A DNA stretch of 64,000 nucleotides, from IMG/VR virus record IMGVR_UViG_3300045988_171102. One strand, given 5' to 3'. The position numbers and the translations under genes are program-made. Below, piece after piece: positions 32,142-42,724 of this stretch. The notes beneath the pieces were generated by a model, which worked only from the letters and a program-made list of their open reading frames with translations, did no database searches and had not been told where the DNA came from. The stretch's first letter is position 1, and the number at the start of each line of letters is the position of its first letter. The DNA comes from a virus.

Positions 32142-33761
32142 TTGTGTGCCAATAACAGTGAAATAAATTCACATGATTATTCACAAATAAATTTCGCTCC
32201 TGACCTTGTTGAATATTGTAACCATCGTCATTTTAATGGTGAGTTACTTTATTCTTTATCACAAGTTGAAACAATTATATCTCATCCACAAGATTACCCA
32301 GTGGCTGCAAGGAAGTTGGGACAATGGGCATATAATACAGACGGTGCTATTAAATCAGGAATTAATAAAATGTCTACGATGCATTATTTAAGCTATGTAT
32401 TATTTAGTTCAAGTTCAAAAGGTAAAGATGAATTGGTTTTAAAAAACAAGCAAAAGTTTAATGCTACTTTAAGAAAAATTCGATACAAAAATTTTTTTAG
32501 AGATTGCATTAAGAGAGTTTCGATTGAAGGAACGGCTTATTATTACTTTGATGTTCAAAAGAGAAATTCAAGTGTCGGAAAATATATGAGTGACATAGAT
32601 GTTTCATTTATTCAAGAAATAAATAATAAGAAAAATTTAGATTATGAAGTTAATTTATATTCTTTACCCTTTGAGTATTGTCAGTTGGTAAGTCGTCAAA
32701 ATGGAATACCAATTATAGCTTTTAATGTCAAATATTTTACCGAGAACTGTGTTTCAGAAAGTGAAATTCAAAGGCAGTTAGCAACTATGCCATTAGAAAT
32801 TGGTAAAGCTTTTGATAAGTGGAGAAAGACAGGTAACAAAGGTAAAAATTGGATAGTTCTTGATTGGCGTAAAACAATTTATATTACTAATGGCAGTACA
32901 GACAGAGATAAATGGGGTGTTCCACTTGCTCTAACCTCTCTTGATGAAATTATGTATGCTAATTATTTTGTTGATACTAAACGAGGTGTTTTGAGTAACA
33001 TCAATAATAATTTAGTTTATGAAACATTTCCACTTAGAGGTGATGGCTCAGGTAAGAGTACATTGACAGATGCTCAACAGAGAGAACAGCATAATGTATT
33101 AAAAAATGCAGTTTCACAAAAGAGTAATAGTCAAAGAACTGCTGTAGTATCATTGGCTGCTGGTACACAGTTAAATAATTTAAAAATAGACACAAGTTTA
33201 TTTGATGAGAAAAACGAAAAGTCAATTAAGGATAATATAGCTGAGTCATTAGGTTTTTCTCCATCAGCTTTATATGGCGGTTCAAAGTCAAGTGGCTCAA
33301 ATTATGCAACTGCTCTTTTGAATTTGGAGTTAGTAGCAAGTGATACATATTCAATTATTGAAAAGATCGTAGATGAATTAAATAAGTGTATCAACTTTAA
33401 TATTATTAAAGATGTTAATAATATAGTAAATATGTACATTCTTCCTATTACATCCTTTAATAGAGATAAATATTTTGATAAGTTTAAATCTATTTATTCA
33501 GATTGCGGTGGTGCTATGACACCTTTGATTGCTGCGACTGGTATAGAACCTGATGTTTATATTGACATTATGAAATTTGAACGAAATCAAAATTATGAAG
33601 AATTATTTCCCCCACATCAATCAATGTACACCTTGAGTAATAAAAATAAGCAACAAAATACAGACGATAAAGGTGGTAGACCTGAAAAGGATAGTTTAGA
33701 GAACGAGAATACAATAATATCTAAAAATAATAATGCAAATATTTCCCCTTCTCCAAATTAA
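32142..33761 (+). CDS. Portal protein (539 aa as tracked; likely starts upstream at 32055)
   Basis: Position after terL and appropriate size. The frame stays open back to 32052, with AAGGAG at 32040-32045. Confidence 0.75.
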   Translation: MCANNSEINSHDYSQINFAPDLVEYCNHRHFNGELLYSLSQVETIISHPQDYPVAARKLGQWAYNTDGAIKSGINKMSTMHYLSYVLFSSSSKGKDELVLKNKQKFNATLRKIRYKNFFRDCIKRVSIEGTAYYYFDVQKRNSSVGKYMSDIDVSFIQEINNKKNLDYEVNLYSLPFEYCQLVSRQNGIPIIAFNVKYFTENCVSESEIQRQLATMPLEIGKAFDKWRKTGNKGKNWIVLDWRKTIYITNGSTDRDKWGVPLALTSLDEIMYANYFVDTKRGVLSNINNNLVYETFPLRGDGSGKSTLTDAQQREQHNVLKNAVSQKSNSQRTAVVSLAAGTQLNNLKIDTSLFDEKNEKSIKDNIAESLGFSPSALYGGSKSSGSNYATALLNLELVASDTYSIIEKIVDELNKCINFNIIKDVNNIVNMYILPITSFNRDKYFDKFKSIYSDCGGAMTPLIAATGIEPDVYIDIMKFERNQNYEELFPPHQSMYTLSNKNKQQNTDDKGGRPEKDSLENENTIISKNNNANISPSPN

Positions 33762-33881
33762 TAAATTAAATATTAATAATACTCTAAGACCGCTACTATA
33801 AGCGGCTTTTTGTATATGTGGAAGATGGCGAGTGAACCTTCCAGCCTTAATGCTTTTGAGCAGGAGGTGAAATTATAAAAA

Positions 33882-35036
33882 ATGTTTTTATATGAAATTA
33901 GCAATCAACAACAAGCAGGCTATGTTAAATGCAAATTAGCACTTCATGAAATATTTGATAGCAATGACAAATATCAGAACAATGGTATTTCATGGCAAGA
34001 ACCATATGTAACTAATAATTTAAAGTCTGCTATTGGTGCATCAATTACTGCCGAATTTACAGATGACGATAAAACAGAAATTTGGTCACATGGTATGACA
34101 GGATATCGCAATGGAGTATTGCAATGTGCAAATGCAAGTATTGTTGGAAGTATTGTAGATGCATATGTGACTGATATTAATTTAGATGGAAAATTTATAA
34201 AAGTGCTTATGGCAGATTGTAAATTAGATTATATTCGGCATGGAGCATTTATTGATCATTATAGACAAATGTTTAAAGAGCATGGACATATGTATGGTTC
34301 TGTTGAAATAACAGGTACGGCAGAAAACAATAATCAAATTGTTTATAAGGATAATTTTACTGGCACAGGACGAGTACCGACAGAATATGAATATAGCGGT
34401 TTTGCATTATTGGATTCTTTTGTTGGACAAGGTGATGATGCGGCAATAGTTGTTGAATTAAATGCTAAACATACACAAGGAGGAAAAGAAATTATGGATA
34501 TGGCACAGTTGGTTAATGAAATCTCTCAGAAGATTTCTGATGAAGTTAATAGCCTTAAAGACGAGTTTAAATCAAAGAAAACAATTGAAGAACTTGAAGC
34601 TCAGGTGTCGGAACTCAATGAGAGAATTACAAGTTTGAATGACACGATTAATAGTAAAGATGTAACAATCACAGAGCTAAATCAGCAGATTGAGGATATT
34701 AAAGCTGAAAAATCTGTTTGTGATAAAAAGCTTTCAGAGATTGAAAAAGTTAATGAATGTAACTCTTTAGAAGAAGCATTGAAGCCTTTTAGTGAAGATG
34801 AGAAAAAGTGCGTAGAGGCTGAAATTAATTCATTTAAGGAGAGTCCATTTGATAGCAAGATGTCTATAGATGAAATCGTTACTAAAATTAAGGCTACTGC
34901 ATTTGATAAGATTCAGGCTGATAAGAAATCAAGTGAAATTAATTCACTTGGCATAGGTTCATTGTTTATTGATGTTGATATGCCTGACGAAACAAACCTT
35001 GAAAAAACAGAAGAAACTGATATTTTTGATATTTAA
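33882..35036 (+). CDS. Scaffolding protein, possibly a protease-scaffold fusion (384 aa)
   Basis: Lies between the portal and capsid genes. The C-terminal half is an acidic coiled coil (EELEAQVSELNERITSLNDTINSKD...). Confidence 0.55.
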   Translation: MFLYEISNQQQAGYVKCKLALHEIFDSNDKYQNNGISWQEPYVTNNLKSAIGASITAEFTDDDKTEIWSHGMTGYRNGVLQCANASIVGSIVDAYVTDINLDGKFIKVLMADCKLDYIRHGAFIDHYRQMFKEHGHMYGSVEITGTAENNNQIVYKDNFTGTGRVPTEYEYSGFALLDSFVGQGDDAAIVVELNAKHTQGGKEIMDMAQLVNEISQKISDEVNSLKDEFKSKKTIEELEAQVSELNERITSLNDTINSKDVTITELNQQIEDIKAEKSVCDKKLSEIEKVNECNSLEEALKPFSEDEKKCVEAEINSFKESPFDSKMSIDEIVTKIKATAFDKIQADKKSSEINSLGIGSLFIDVDMPDETNLEKTEETDIFDI

Positions 35037-35053
35037 AAAAGGAGAGAATAATT

Positions 35054-35512
35054 ATGGTTAAGTTTAAAATGGTTGGCGACTATAAGAACGCTCGTAATAT
35101 TGGCAATCTTAAAGCCTCCGTAAATCTTAAGAATGGTAATCTTGTTACCGTTGACAGAGCAACAGGCACTGTTGCTCTTCCGACAGCTACTACTGCAAAG
35201 AAAGGTCTTTGGCTTGTACAGAATGAAAGAGAACCAGTAGAATATATCGGTTCTACACCTGAAAACATTATAGCTATTGGTGAGCCAGTAAGACTGTTTG
35301 ATACAGCAACACTTAAAGATGTTGTTCTTGAAATTGACGATTCTGTACTTACGACTGATTACGCTTCAATTTCAAAGGGCGATACACTTGTAGCTGACAC
35401 AAAGGGTAATTATGAAAAGTCATCTGATGCTACTGGTTATGAAGTTACATTTACCGTTTTGGAAAAGACAAACTACTGCGGTCACGGTCTTAGTATTTCT
35501 GTAAATGTTTGA
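35054..35512 (+). CDS. Head-associated protein (decoration or scaffold-like, 152 aa)
   Basis: Lies directly before the major capsid gene, with a strong GGAGAGAA RBS. Confidence 0.4.
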   Translation: MVKFKMVGDYKNARNIGNLKASVNLKNGNLVTVDRATGTVALPTATTAKKGLWLVQNEREPVEYIGSTPENIIAIGEPVRLFDTATLKDVVLEIDDSVLTTDYASISKGDTLVADTKGNYEKSSDATGYEVTFTVLEKTNYCGHGLSISVNV

Positions 35513-35532
35513 TAAAGGAGGAATGAATAATT

Positions 35533-36621
35533 ATGTTTTCAATTGAGCTTAATAACGCACAGAGAAAAGAAGTAAGAGTAAAGAATGTTGATAAGATCAA
35601 AAGATATGCTGAAATTAATATGGCACTTCTTACAGGTCAGGATACAACTGCGTATGGTAAGGAAGTTGATGAAGTAGTTAAGTTTATGTCTCAGCTTGGT
35701 GCAAGAGCTGCACAGAATGATGAGACAGCTAAAGCTGAAATTAATACAATTGTAAAGATTGGTATTGAGCCACTTCTTGTAAAGCAGATGCAGGTTTATC
35801 AGCTTTTTGGTAATTATAGATCTATTGGCATGGATGAAACTCCTGTTGTACATACATGGACATATGAAAGTCTTAATGCTGATATTCAGGCAAAGGGTTC
35901 AGATGTATCATTTGCTGACCGTAAAGAAGTTAGTTATACTATTCCTACAAAAACTATTTCTGCTGGTATGAGATACAATTATCGTGACTTTGAGTCAAAG
36001 AATTTTGTAGGTACAAACGCACAGGAAATTGAGCAGATTCAGACAACAATGCACAATAAAGGTGTTGCTTATGTTATTGATACAATTGTATCAGCTTTAA
36101 AGAATAACACAACAGGAGTAAAGTTCTACGGTGAATATAATGACGAACCAACACAGACTGCTACTGATGATATGATTAAGAAGATTCGTAGAATGGGTAA
36201 GGTTAGTGTTCTTGGTGATTTTGATAAGATTGCTACAATTTCTGGCTTTAATGGTTATCAGAATCCAAACTCAACAACACTTCCCTTCTATACACCTTCA
36301 CAGGTTGATGAAATTGCAAAGCAGGGTTATAACGGTGATTACAAGGGTTCAAGTCTTGTTGTACTTCCGAACGCTTATAATTTCACAAAGCCTCTTGCAG
36401 ACAAGACTGCTTTTGAGACTTATTATAATCCAGATCACATTTTCTTTGTACCACAGAATGGTCAGTCTCCTATTAATATTATTCGTAGAGGTGGCTTGAC
36501 AACAATGACAGGTAATGATGTATCAACAGGTTCAATTCTTACAAGATTTGATATGGAAATTGGTGCAGATGTTGTTAAGGGTAGAGAATTTGAGATTGGT
36601 TGCCTTACAAAGTCAGCGTAA
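35533..36621 (+). CDS. Major capsid protein (362 aa)
   Basis: Position, size, AAGGAGGAA RBS and a hairpin after the stop. Confidence 0.65.
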   Translation: MFSIELNNAQRKEVRVKNVDKIKRYAEINMALLTGQDTTAYGKEVDEVVKFMSQLGARAAQNDETAKAEINTIVKIGIEPLLVKQMQVYQLFGNYRSIGMDETPVVHTWTYESLNADIQAKGSDVSFADRKEVSYTIPTKTISAGMRYNYRDFESKNFVGTNAQEIEQIQTTMHNKGVAYVIDTIVSALKNNTTGVKFYGEYNDEPTQTATDDMIKKIRRMGKVSVLGDFDKIATISGFNGYQNPNSTTLPFYTPSQVDEIAKQGYNGDYKGSSLVVLPNAYNFTKPLADKTAFETYYNPDHIFFVPQNGQSPINIIRRGGLTTMTGNDVSTGSILTRFDMEIGADVVKGREFEIGCLTKSA

Positions 36622-36711
36622 TAATTATACTTAAATTAATTATTTTGTTTAATACGGACAGGTTAGTTATTTAATCTGTCCGTAAATATATTTATAAAGG
36701 AATGATATTTT

Positions 36712-37230
36712 TTGGCAAGAGGAACTACAGAAACGACAATTAACACTGAAGGTAGAATTGCTATTACCAATTTGCGTGGATATGCTTTGCATTTTCGTGA
36801 TAGTGACAATCGCTCTGATATTATGATTCCCGCAGGTGTAAAAGGCTGGAAAGGCTTGACTTATAGAGAAGTTGAAAATCAAGTGGCAATGGACAATAAG
36901 ATGTTTACTGGAAGTGATACTAAAGGTTCTAATGCCCGTATAGTAATTGATGATGAATCGGTCAGGAAAGCTATTTTTCACATTGATAATATTGATGAAT
37001 TAAATACTAAAACTTTAAGTTTAGATAGTGTTAAGAGTTTACTTAAAATTACAGATATAAAAGCATTTAGAGCAGAAATTGCCAAATATGTTAATAATGA
37101 AGGTGACAAACAGGCATTTATTGATCTTGCAAGTCAGGCTGGTATTGATAAAGCAACGGTTGCTCAGAAAAATGCAATTGAAAAAATAACAGGTTATAAA
37201 TTTTCCAAGAAGGCTGAAGATGGTGAATAA
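36712..37230 (+). CDS. Hypothetical head/connector-module protein (172 aa, TTG start)
   Basis: ORF track entry within the head module. Confidence 0.55.
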   Translation: MARGTTETTINTEGRIAITNLRGYALHFRDSDNRSDIMIPAGVKGWKGLTYREVENQVAMDNKMFTGSDTKGSNARIVIDDESVRKAIFHIDNIDELNTKTLSLDSVKSLLKITDIKAFRAEIAKYVNNEGDKQAFIDLASQAGIDKATVAQKNAIEKITGYKFSKKAEDGE

Positions 37231-37250
37231 AAAATAATTTTTTAGGAAGG

Positions 37251-37661
37251 GTGTTGTGTGTGAGCGAATTTGAACAAATTATAGAAATTTTTGAAACTAA
37301 ATATGTTGATGCTTCAACTCTTCCTAAAGAGTTAATATCATTGTGGGCGAAGCTTGCAATTGCAGATTACGAAAGAGAAGTAAGTTCTTTAAATTTTGAT
37401 GTACAAAATGAAGTTTTTAAGAACGGCATATCTTTAACAACTATGGATGTAATAGCCAATATTATGAAATTGTATTATCTTGAAAGAGAATTTGATCGTC
37501 AAAATAAAAAAATTAATATTGTTGGTAAAGATTTATCTCTCAATGATACTTCAAATGCTAAGAAAATGACTTTAGCGGAATTGGAGTATTTTAAATCTAA
37601 AGTAAATTTATTACTCGATCAGGCAAAAATGCCTGCATATGGTGGTGAGTCGAATGGCTAA
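37251..37661 (+). CDS. Head-tail connector candidate (136 aa)
   Basis: Position only. Confidence 0.4.
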   Translation: MLCVSEFEQIIEIFETKYVDASTLPKELISLWAKLAIADYEREVSSLNFDVQNEVFKNGISLTTMDVIANIMKLYYLEREFDRQNKKINIVGKDLSLNDTSNAKKMTLAELEYFKSKVNLLLDQAKMPAYGGESNG

Positions 37662-38451
37662 AGAATGGACTCAATTTGCTTCTCCCCCATCCTATACTGG
37701 TGGAAATGAATCAAATGATTTTAATTTTTTTAAAGAATTATACTTAGATGATATTTTCGATAGTCCACTTGGTAGTGATTTAAAATATTATCATGGAAAA
37801 CCAAATCTTGTAAATGATAATGGTGTTTCATTTAAGGGGGTAGTCCAGCAAGTCATTTCTGACAATGATGATAGCAGTAAAAAAAGACAAGTCTTGTGTT
37901 CAGTAGGCACTTTAACAAGTGGAGACTACATTAAATACAAGGATAATTTTTGGATTGTTGTTGGATTAGTTGATGATAATAAATTTTATGAAAAGGCAAT
38001 TATTTATTATTGCAATTGGGTTTTAAAATTTACATTATCGCCTGATTTCGGAAGTAAAGTTGCTGAATACCCTGTATATTGTACTAATTCTACTCAATAT
38101 AATAGCGGTGTAAAAAATGCTATAAATACAAAGTTTGGCAGTGCTCAATATTTAGTTTATATTCAAAGTAATGATGAAACTAATATGGTTGAGAGAGATA
38201 CCAGATTTTTAATTGACAAAAATAATTTAAGACCAACTGCTTATAGAATTACGCAGGTAGATGAAACAAGTAAGTCTTTTAATAACAAAGGCGTCAACAT
38301 TTGGACTATTATGGAATGTCAGACAGAATATATGAATGATGATATACATAATGGTATTGCAAATAAAGTTAAGCAAGAAGTTGTGAGCGATAGTTATAAA
38401 AATCATAATATTTCAACGAATAATCAAAATTTATTAGACGAATGGGCGTGA
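37654..38451 (+). CDS. Head-tail joining/structural protein (265 aa from MAKEW start)
   Basis: ORF track entry 37639..38451. GGTGGTGAG RBS lies before the ATG at 37654. Confidence 0.45.
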   Translation: MAKEWTQFASPPSYTGGNESNDFNFFKELYLDDIFDSPLGSDLKYYHGKPNLVNDNGVSFKGVVQQVISDNDDSSKKRQVLCSVGTLTSGDYIKYKDNFWIVVGLVDDNKFYEKAIIYYCNWVLKFTLSPDFGSKVAEYPVYCTNSTQYNSGVKNAINTKFGSAQYLVYIQSNDETNMVERDTRFLIDKNNLRPTAYRITQVDETSKSFNNKGVNIWTIMECQTEYMNDDIHNGIANKVKQEVVSDSYKNHNISTNNQNLLDEWA

Positions 38452-38488
38452 GCATATCGCAAGATTAGACAATTTAAATATTTATGAA

Positions 38489-38944
38489 ATGCAAATTTTA
38501 AAGAAACTTTGTGAGAACATTGATATCCAAAGACTATTGGATAACGGTGATCCATCATATGATCCTCATACTTTAAAATGGGATTATGTTAGACCAGAGG
38601 TTTATTATCCTAAAGTTGGCGATGCAGCTCGAACTTATATTACTTTTGGCATTAGTGGAGATGTTTATGGTGGCAAAACAGAAAAAATGTTATATGTTAA
38701 TTTTTACATTTATTGTCATGACAGTTTGCTACGAACAGATAAGGGTAAAAGAACCACTTTGATTGCTTCCGTTATAGATAAATTGTTTAATGGCACACAT
38801 GATATTGCATTAGGTGAAATGCAATTAACGCAGTTTGATGGAAATTTCAGTGCCACACAAGATTATCATGGGTATCATTTGATATATGCAGTTCGAGATT
38901 TTAATAACCTCTCAAATAGTGACACATTAAGTTATGCAAAATAA
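38489..38944 (+). CDS. Tail completion/terminator-like protein (151 aa)
   Basis: Position only. Confidence 0.35.
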   Translation: MQILKKLCENIDIQRLLDNGDPSYDPHTLKWDYVRPEVYYPKVGDAARTYITFGISGDVYGGKTEKMLYVNFYIYCHDSLLRTDKGKRTTLIASVIDKLFNGTHDIALGEMQLTQFDGNFSATQDYHGYHLIYAVRDFNNLSNSDTLSYAK

Positions 38945-39737
38945 AATATTTTTAGACAATTATATTAAAATTAATGATTATGTTGAATTGTACATTCCAA
39001 CAGTGCGTGAAGTATATAAAAATGAAGATGATTATTATTTGTTATCATATCATTTAACCGCTATGCCTTTCACTCGCAGGGCTGAATTGTGGTTAAATAA
39101 AATAGATTACATTACTTTGAATTTTTATGATTTGTTTACTTACGCATTGTATGAAATGAAAGTGCTTGCTTCTAATGATACACAAATGATTACGAAGGTG
39201 TTTGGGACACATAAAAAGAGCAACCCAAACATTGGTAATTTATTTTTTAGAGGGTTTGATATAAAAAATATTGAAATCAGATATACAGAGGACAAACATT
39301 ATCTTGTTGCAGATAGTACAAATCAACATATTTTATTTGATGAAACTGACATAGATAAAACGGCAGAAGTTTTAAGAAAAATTATAGGTGAAAAGAAAGA
39401 CAATAGAAAAGAGGATGCTAAAGGTGCTTCTGGTAGATATGTTCTTGAACGAGCTGTAAAAGTATTAAAGAGAAAGCTAAAAAAAGAGGCTGAATGTCCA
39501 CGACAGTACAGTATCATTGAGTCGTATATTGTAACTTTGGTTAATAATAAAGATTTTAAGTATAATTTTGGAACTGTAATGGACATGAGTTATGTCGAAT
39601 TTATTTTGTCAGCTAAACAAATTTTACAAAATATTCATGTAGCAAATATTGACTTGGGAATATATACAGGCAATATTTTAGCTGATAAATTAACCGATAA
39701 AGACCGTTCTTACTTTGCTTTAGAAGTAATTAAGTAA
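38934..39737 (+). CDS. Hypothetical structural-module protein (267 aa)
   Basis: ORF track entry; overlaps the preceding gene. Confidence 0.5.
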   Translation: MQNKIFLDNYIKINDYVELYIPTVREVYKNEDDYYLLSYHLTAMPFTRRAELWLNKIDYITLNFYDLFTYALYEMKVLASNDTQMITKVFGTHKKSNPNIGNLFFRGFDIKNIEIRYTEDKHYLVADSTNQHILFDETDIDKTAEVLRKIIGEKKDNRKEDAKGASGRYVLERAVKVLKRKLKKEAECPRQYSIIESYIVTLVNNKDFKYNFGTVMDMSYVEFILSAKQILQNIHVANIDLGIYTGNILADKLTDKDRSYFALEVIK

Positions 39738-39776
39738 GAATGGTCTTTATTATTTTTAAGGAGGAATTATTTATTA

Positions 39777-40570
39777 TGTCAAAGTTAAATGTAAATAATG
39801 TTGTTTTCACAAGCGTTGACACTGTTGATGTGTTTACACCAATGTTTGGCTCATATAAATATACTTGTGATGAAATTACAAGTTTTGTAGTAAATAACGG
39901 TCAGACAAACACTGATATTGTTGGTGGTAACGGTGCTATTATTAACACTCTTAAAAGAAATCCTAATGCAACAATTAGTTGGACTGCTGGTGTTGTTGAC
40001 GCTAATATTATGGCTGATGAACACGGTACAGAAGTTGTAAATGGTGCAGTGACAATTGGTTGGAACGACACCGTTAAGATTGCTTCTAATAAAGCAGAAT
40101 TAAGTTTTATCCCTGTGGACAACCCACTTATGATTAAGGTTGGTGATATTGAATATACTGTCGGTAAGGCTGCTGAGAAGGGTAAAACAGTTACATATAC
40201 ACAAGGTAGTAAGACTACAAAAGCATCTATTACTTTTGCCGAAGGTGAGTATACAGATGGTACAGAAGTTCATGTAAAGTATGATCGTCAGATTCTTGCA
40301 AGTTATGTTGATAGAGTTTCAGATAAGGTTTCTGAAAAGATTGCCATTAGAGTAACTGGACAGTGGGAGGACGCTTGTAACACTGTTCGTAAATGGGAGT
40401 TTGATGTTTATACTCTTGACCTTACTGGTGAGTATGAAACAAATATTAGCGACAGTCAGACAAATCAAACTTTTGAGGGTAAAGCTCTTAAGACAAGATG
40501 TGGTGGTTCAAAGATTCTTACTCGTTGGAAGTTCTTTGATGAAAATGAAGAGGATTATACTACAGCATAA
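39777..40570 (+). CDS. Major tail (tube) protein (264 aa)
   Basis: AAGGAGGAA RBS before the ATG at 39777. It lies upstream of the chaperone and tape-measure genes and has a Thr/Val/Gly-rich beta-type composition. Confidence 0.6.
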
Positions 40571-40581
40571 GGAGTGATAAT

Positions 40582-40917
40582 ATGAAGGTTTATAAAACCT
40601 GCCCTATTTGCTCTAAGCCTTTTAATCCGTGTAGAATTGGCATTGCCACAACTGGTACTTTTAATTGGAGAGAAGTAGCTTGTTCGTTTGAATGTGGTCA
40701 AAAATATCTGCTTAAGATTGAAGAAGAAAAGAAACCTAAATCAGCTAAAGAGTTTGCAGATACGGTAATTGAAGATGTGAATAATTTACAAAATGTTATT
40801 ATTACAGATGATATTGACGAAAGCACATCAACCTCTAAGGCTACAGACCTTAAAAGCAATAAAACCAAAATAAAAAGTAAAACGAAGTCGAAGTTTACTG
40901 AGGATGAAATGATTTAA
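40582..40917 (+). CDS. Zn-ribbon protein with a Lys-rich tail (111 aa)
   Basis: Contains CPICSK...CSFECGQ, with a GGAGTGA RBS. Confidence 0.55.
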   Translation: MKVYKTCPICSKPFNPCRIGIATTGTFNWREVACSFECGQKYLLKIEEEKKPKSAKEFADTVIEDVNNLQNVIITDDIDESTSTSKATDLKSNKTKIKSKTKSKFTEDEMI

Positions 40918-40931
40918 AAACATAATTTTAA

Positions 40932-40970
40932 TAAGGGAAAATAGACAAAGCCTACTTTCCCTTATTTTTT
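40932..40970 (+). terminator. Intrinsic terminator
   Basis: TAAGGGAAA..TTTCCCTTA stem followed by T6. Confidence 0.6.
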
Positions 40971-40985
40971 ATAATGTGATTATTT

Positions 40986-41507
40986 ATGAATAAGAGTAAT
41001 AGGACAAAATTTAATGTAGATAAAAATACGGCAAAAAGAATGTCCGATGATGGCATTGTTTTTGATAGTATTTTAGAGAAAAATTTTTATCAAGAAGTTA
41101 TTTTGCCCAATGTGCAAAGTGGTATTATTGTTGAATATGAATTACAAAAAAAATATATATTACAAAATGACTTCAAGAGAAAAAAACATACTGTCAGGGC
41201 AATCACTTATGTAGCTGATTTTTATGTCAAACTATATAACGGGAAAGAATTTGTTTTGGATACGAAAGGTATGCCCGATTCTGTTGCCAAAATAAAAAGA
41301 AAACTATTTTGGCATAATTATCCTTTAATTGATTATTATTGGGTAGCATACTCTAAAATTGATGGTGGCTGGTTGGATTATGAGTTTATACAAAAGCAAA
41401 GAAGAATTAGAAAACGACATCCTGAACTTGCGTCACATAATAAAATAGAAAATCAAAGATTGTTAGAGGTGAATTTTTTTGAAAAAATTGACAAATACAC
41501 AGGTTAA
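40986..41507 (+). CDS. DUF1064-like PD-(D/E)xK nuclease (173 aa)
   Basis: ITYVADFYV...VLDTKG matches the remembered DUF1064 core (Y.aDF...D.KG). Confidence 0.5.
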   Translation: MNKSNRTKFNVDKNTAKRMSDDGIVFDSILEKNFYQEVILPNVQSGIIVEYELQKKYILQNDFKRKKHTVRAITYVADFYVKLYNGKEFVLDTKGMPDSVAKIKRKLFWHNYPLIDYYWVAYSKIDGGWLDYEFIQKQRRIRKRHPELASHNKIENQRLLEVNFFEKIDKYTG

Positions 41508-42117
41508 AGAATTAACTAAAGTCAAAAGTTACTCGAAAAAATATGTTTTTGATTCGGGTGATGAATTACTGTATACAGAATATGCATGGATTGGTCAGGC
41601 AACACAATTAGATATGATTACCAGCATAGCAGAACAAGTATTGTTTATAGATGACGATTATTGTCCTCAGTATTTAATAGTTGCAAATTATGTTGCGTGG
41701 TTAAACGTATGTACTGATATACCTCTTGTAATGAAAAAGATAAAATATAACAATAGTGTTATTGAAGTAATTGATTTTGAAACGAATTATAATGTAGCCC
41801 AAACATTAATTCATACCAATGGCATCCCTCTATGTTTGGATGTAATTGCACATATTATAAAAGAATATGTTGACGATAGACTGATTGTTAATCATAATCG
41901 TCTTAAAACTAAATTAGAGACACTTACTTCAAATTGTGAAAGAAGTGTCTCTATTATTATGAATATTAGTAATGAGTTAGAAAAAATATATAAGGATACT
42001 GATATTATGACTGGATTACAAGATGTAGCAAATGAAATGAATGGATTAAACAAAAGGTTGGATAGCAATGCCAGTGATAAAATAATAAATATGTTGGCAA
42101 ACAAAGACAGTGATTAA
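41479..42117 (+). CDS. Hypothetical protein, possible tail assembly chaperone (212 aa, TTG start)
   Basis: Position upstream of the tape measure only. Confidence 0.35.
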   Translation: MKKLTNTQVKELTKVKSYSKKYVFDSGDELLYTEYAWIGQATQLDMITSIAEQVLFIDDDYCPQYLIVANYVAWLNVCTDIPLVMKKIKYNNSVIEVIDFETNYNVAQTLIHTNGIPLCLDVIAHIIKEYVDDRLIVNHNRLKTKLETLTSNCERSVSIIMNISNELEKIYKDTDIMTGLQDVANEMNGLNKRLDSNASDKIINMLANKDSD

Positions 42118-42679
42118 TATGGCAGAATTTAAATCTTTAGCAGACTTATTTAAATCAGTAAATAAGGATATTGATCAAGCTTTAGATAGTGGTGTTAGTG
42201 ATTATGTAACTCAAGTGGCTATTAGCTATGCTAAACAGAGAGTGTATAATAGATATCGCATTCATTATGAACGCAAATCGAGACCGCATTATGTCAGAAG
42301 GAAGAGTCTTTTGCAGGAAGAAAATTGGAATAGCGAACTTATATCACAACCTGCAATTGAAATTGGTGTTTCAAATCATACTGTCGCAATTTATAATACG
42401 GCAAAACCTAATAAGGTATTAAATGATAAAGGCGAAGCAGCGAATAACACAGATGAGATACAAAGTTTGCCTGAATTAATTGAACTTGGACAAAAAAAAT
42501 ATACGCAAAAATTTGGTGGCGTTGGCTATATGTTTAATAATTTATCTACTAATAAATATAGATATTTGCAAGCCAGACCTTTTGTACAAGCAACTGTAAA
42601 ACAATTAAATAGTAATGATATATTATCAACGGTATTTGATACTTGTTTGATAATGAATGGTTATCGAATAAAAGATTAA
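42110..42679 (+). CDS. Hypothetical protein (189 aa)
   Basis: ORF track entry; a terminator hairpin follows at 42679-42706. Confidence 0.6.
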   Translation: MINMAEFKSLADLFKSVNKDIDQALDSGVSDYVTQVAISYAKQRVYNRYRIHYERKSRPHYVRRKSLLQEENWNSELISQPAIEIGVSNHTVAIYNTAKPNKVLNDKGEAANNTDEIQSLPELIELGQKKYTQKFGGVGYMFNNLSTNKYRYLQARPFVQATVKQLNSNDILSTVFDTCLIMNGYRIKD

Positions 42680-42724
42680 GAGACGGGTTTCCTGTCTCTT
42701 TTTTATTTGTAGGTGGTGAATAAA

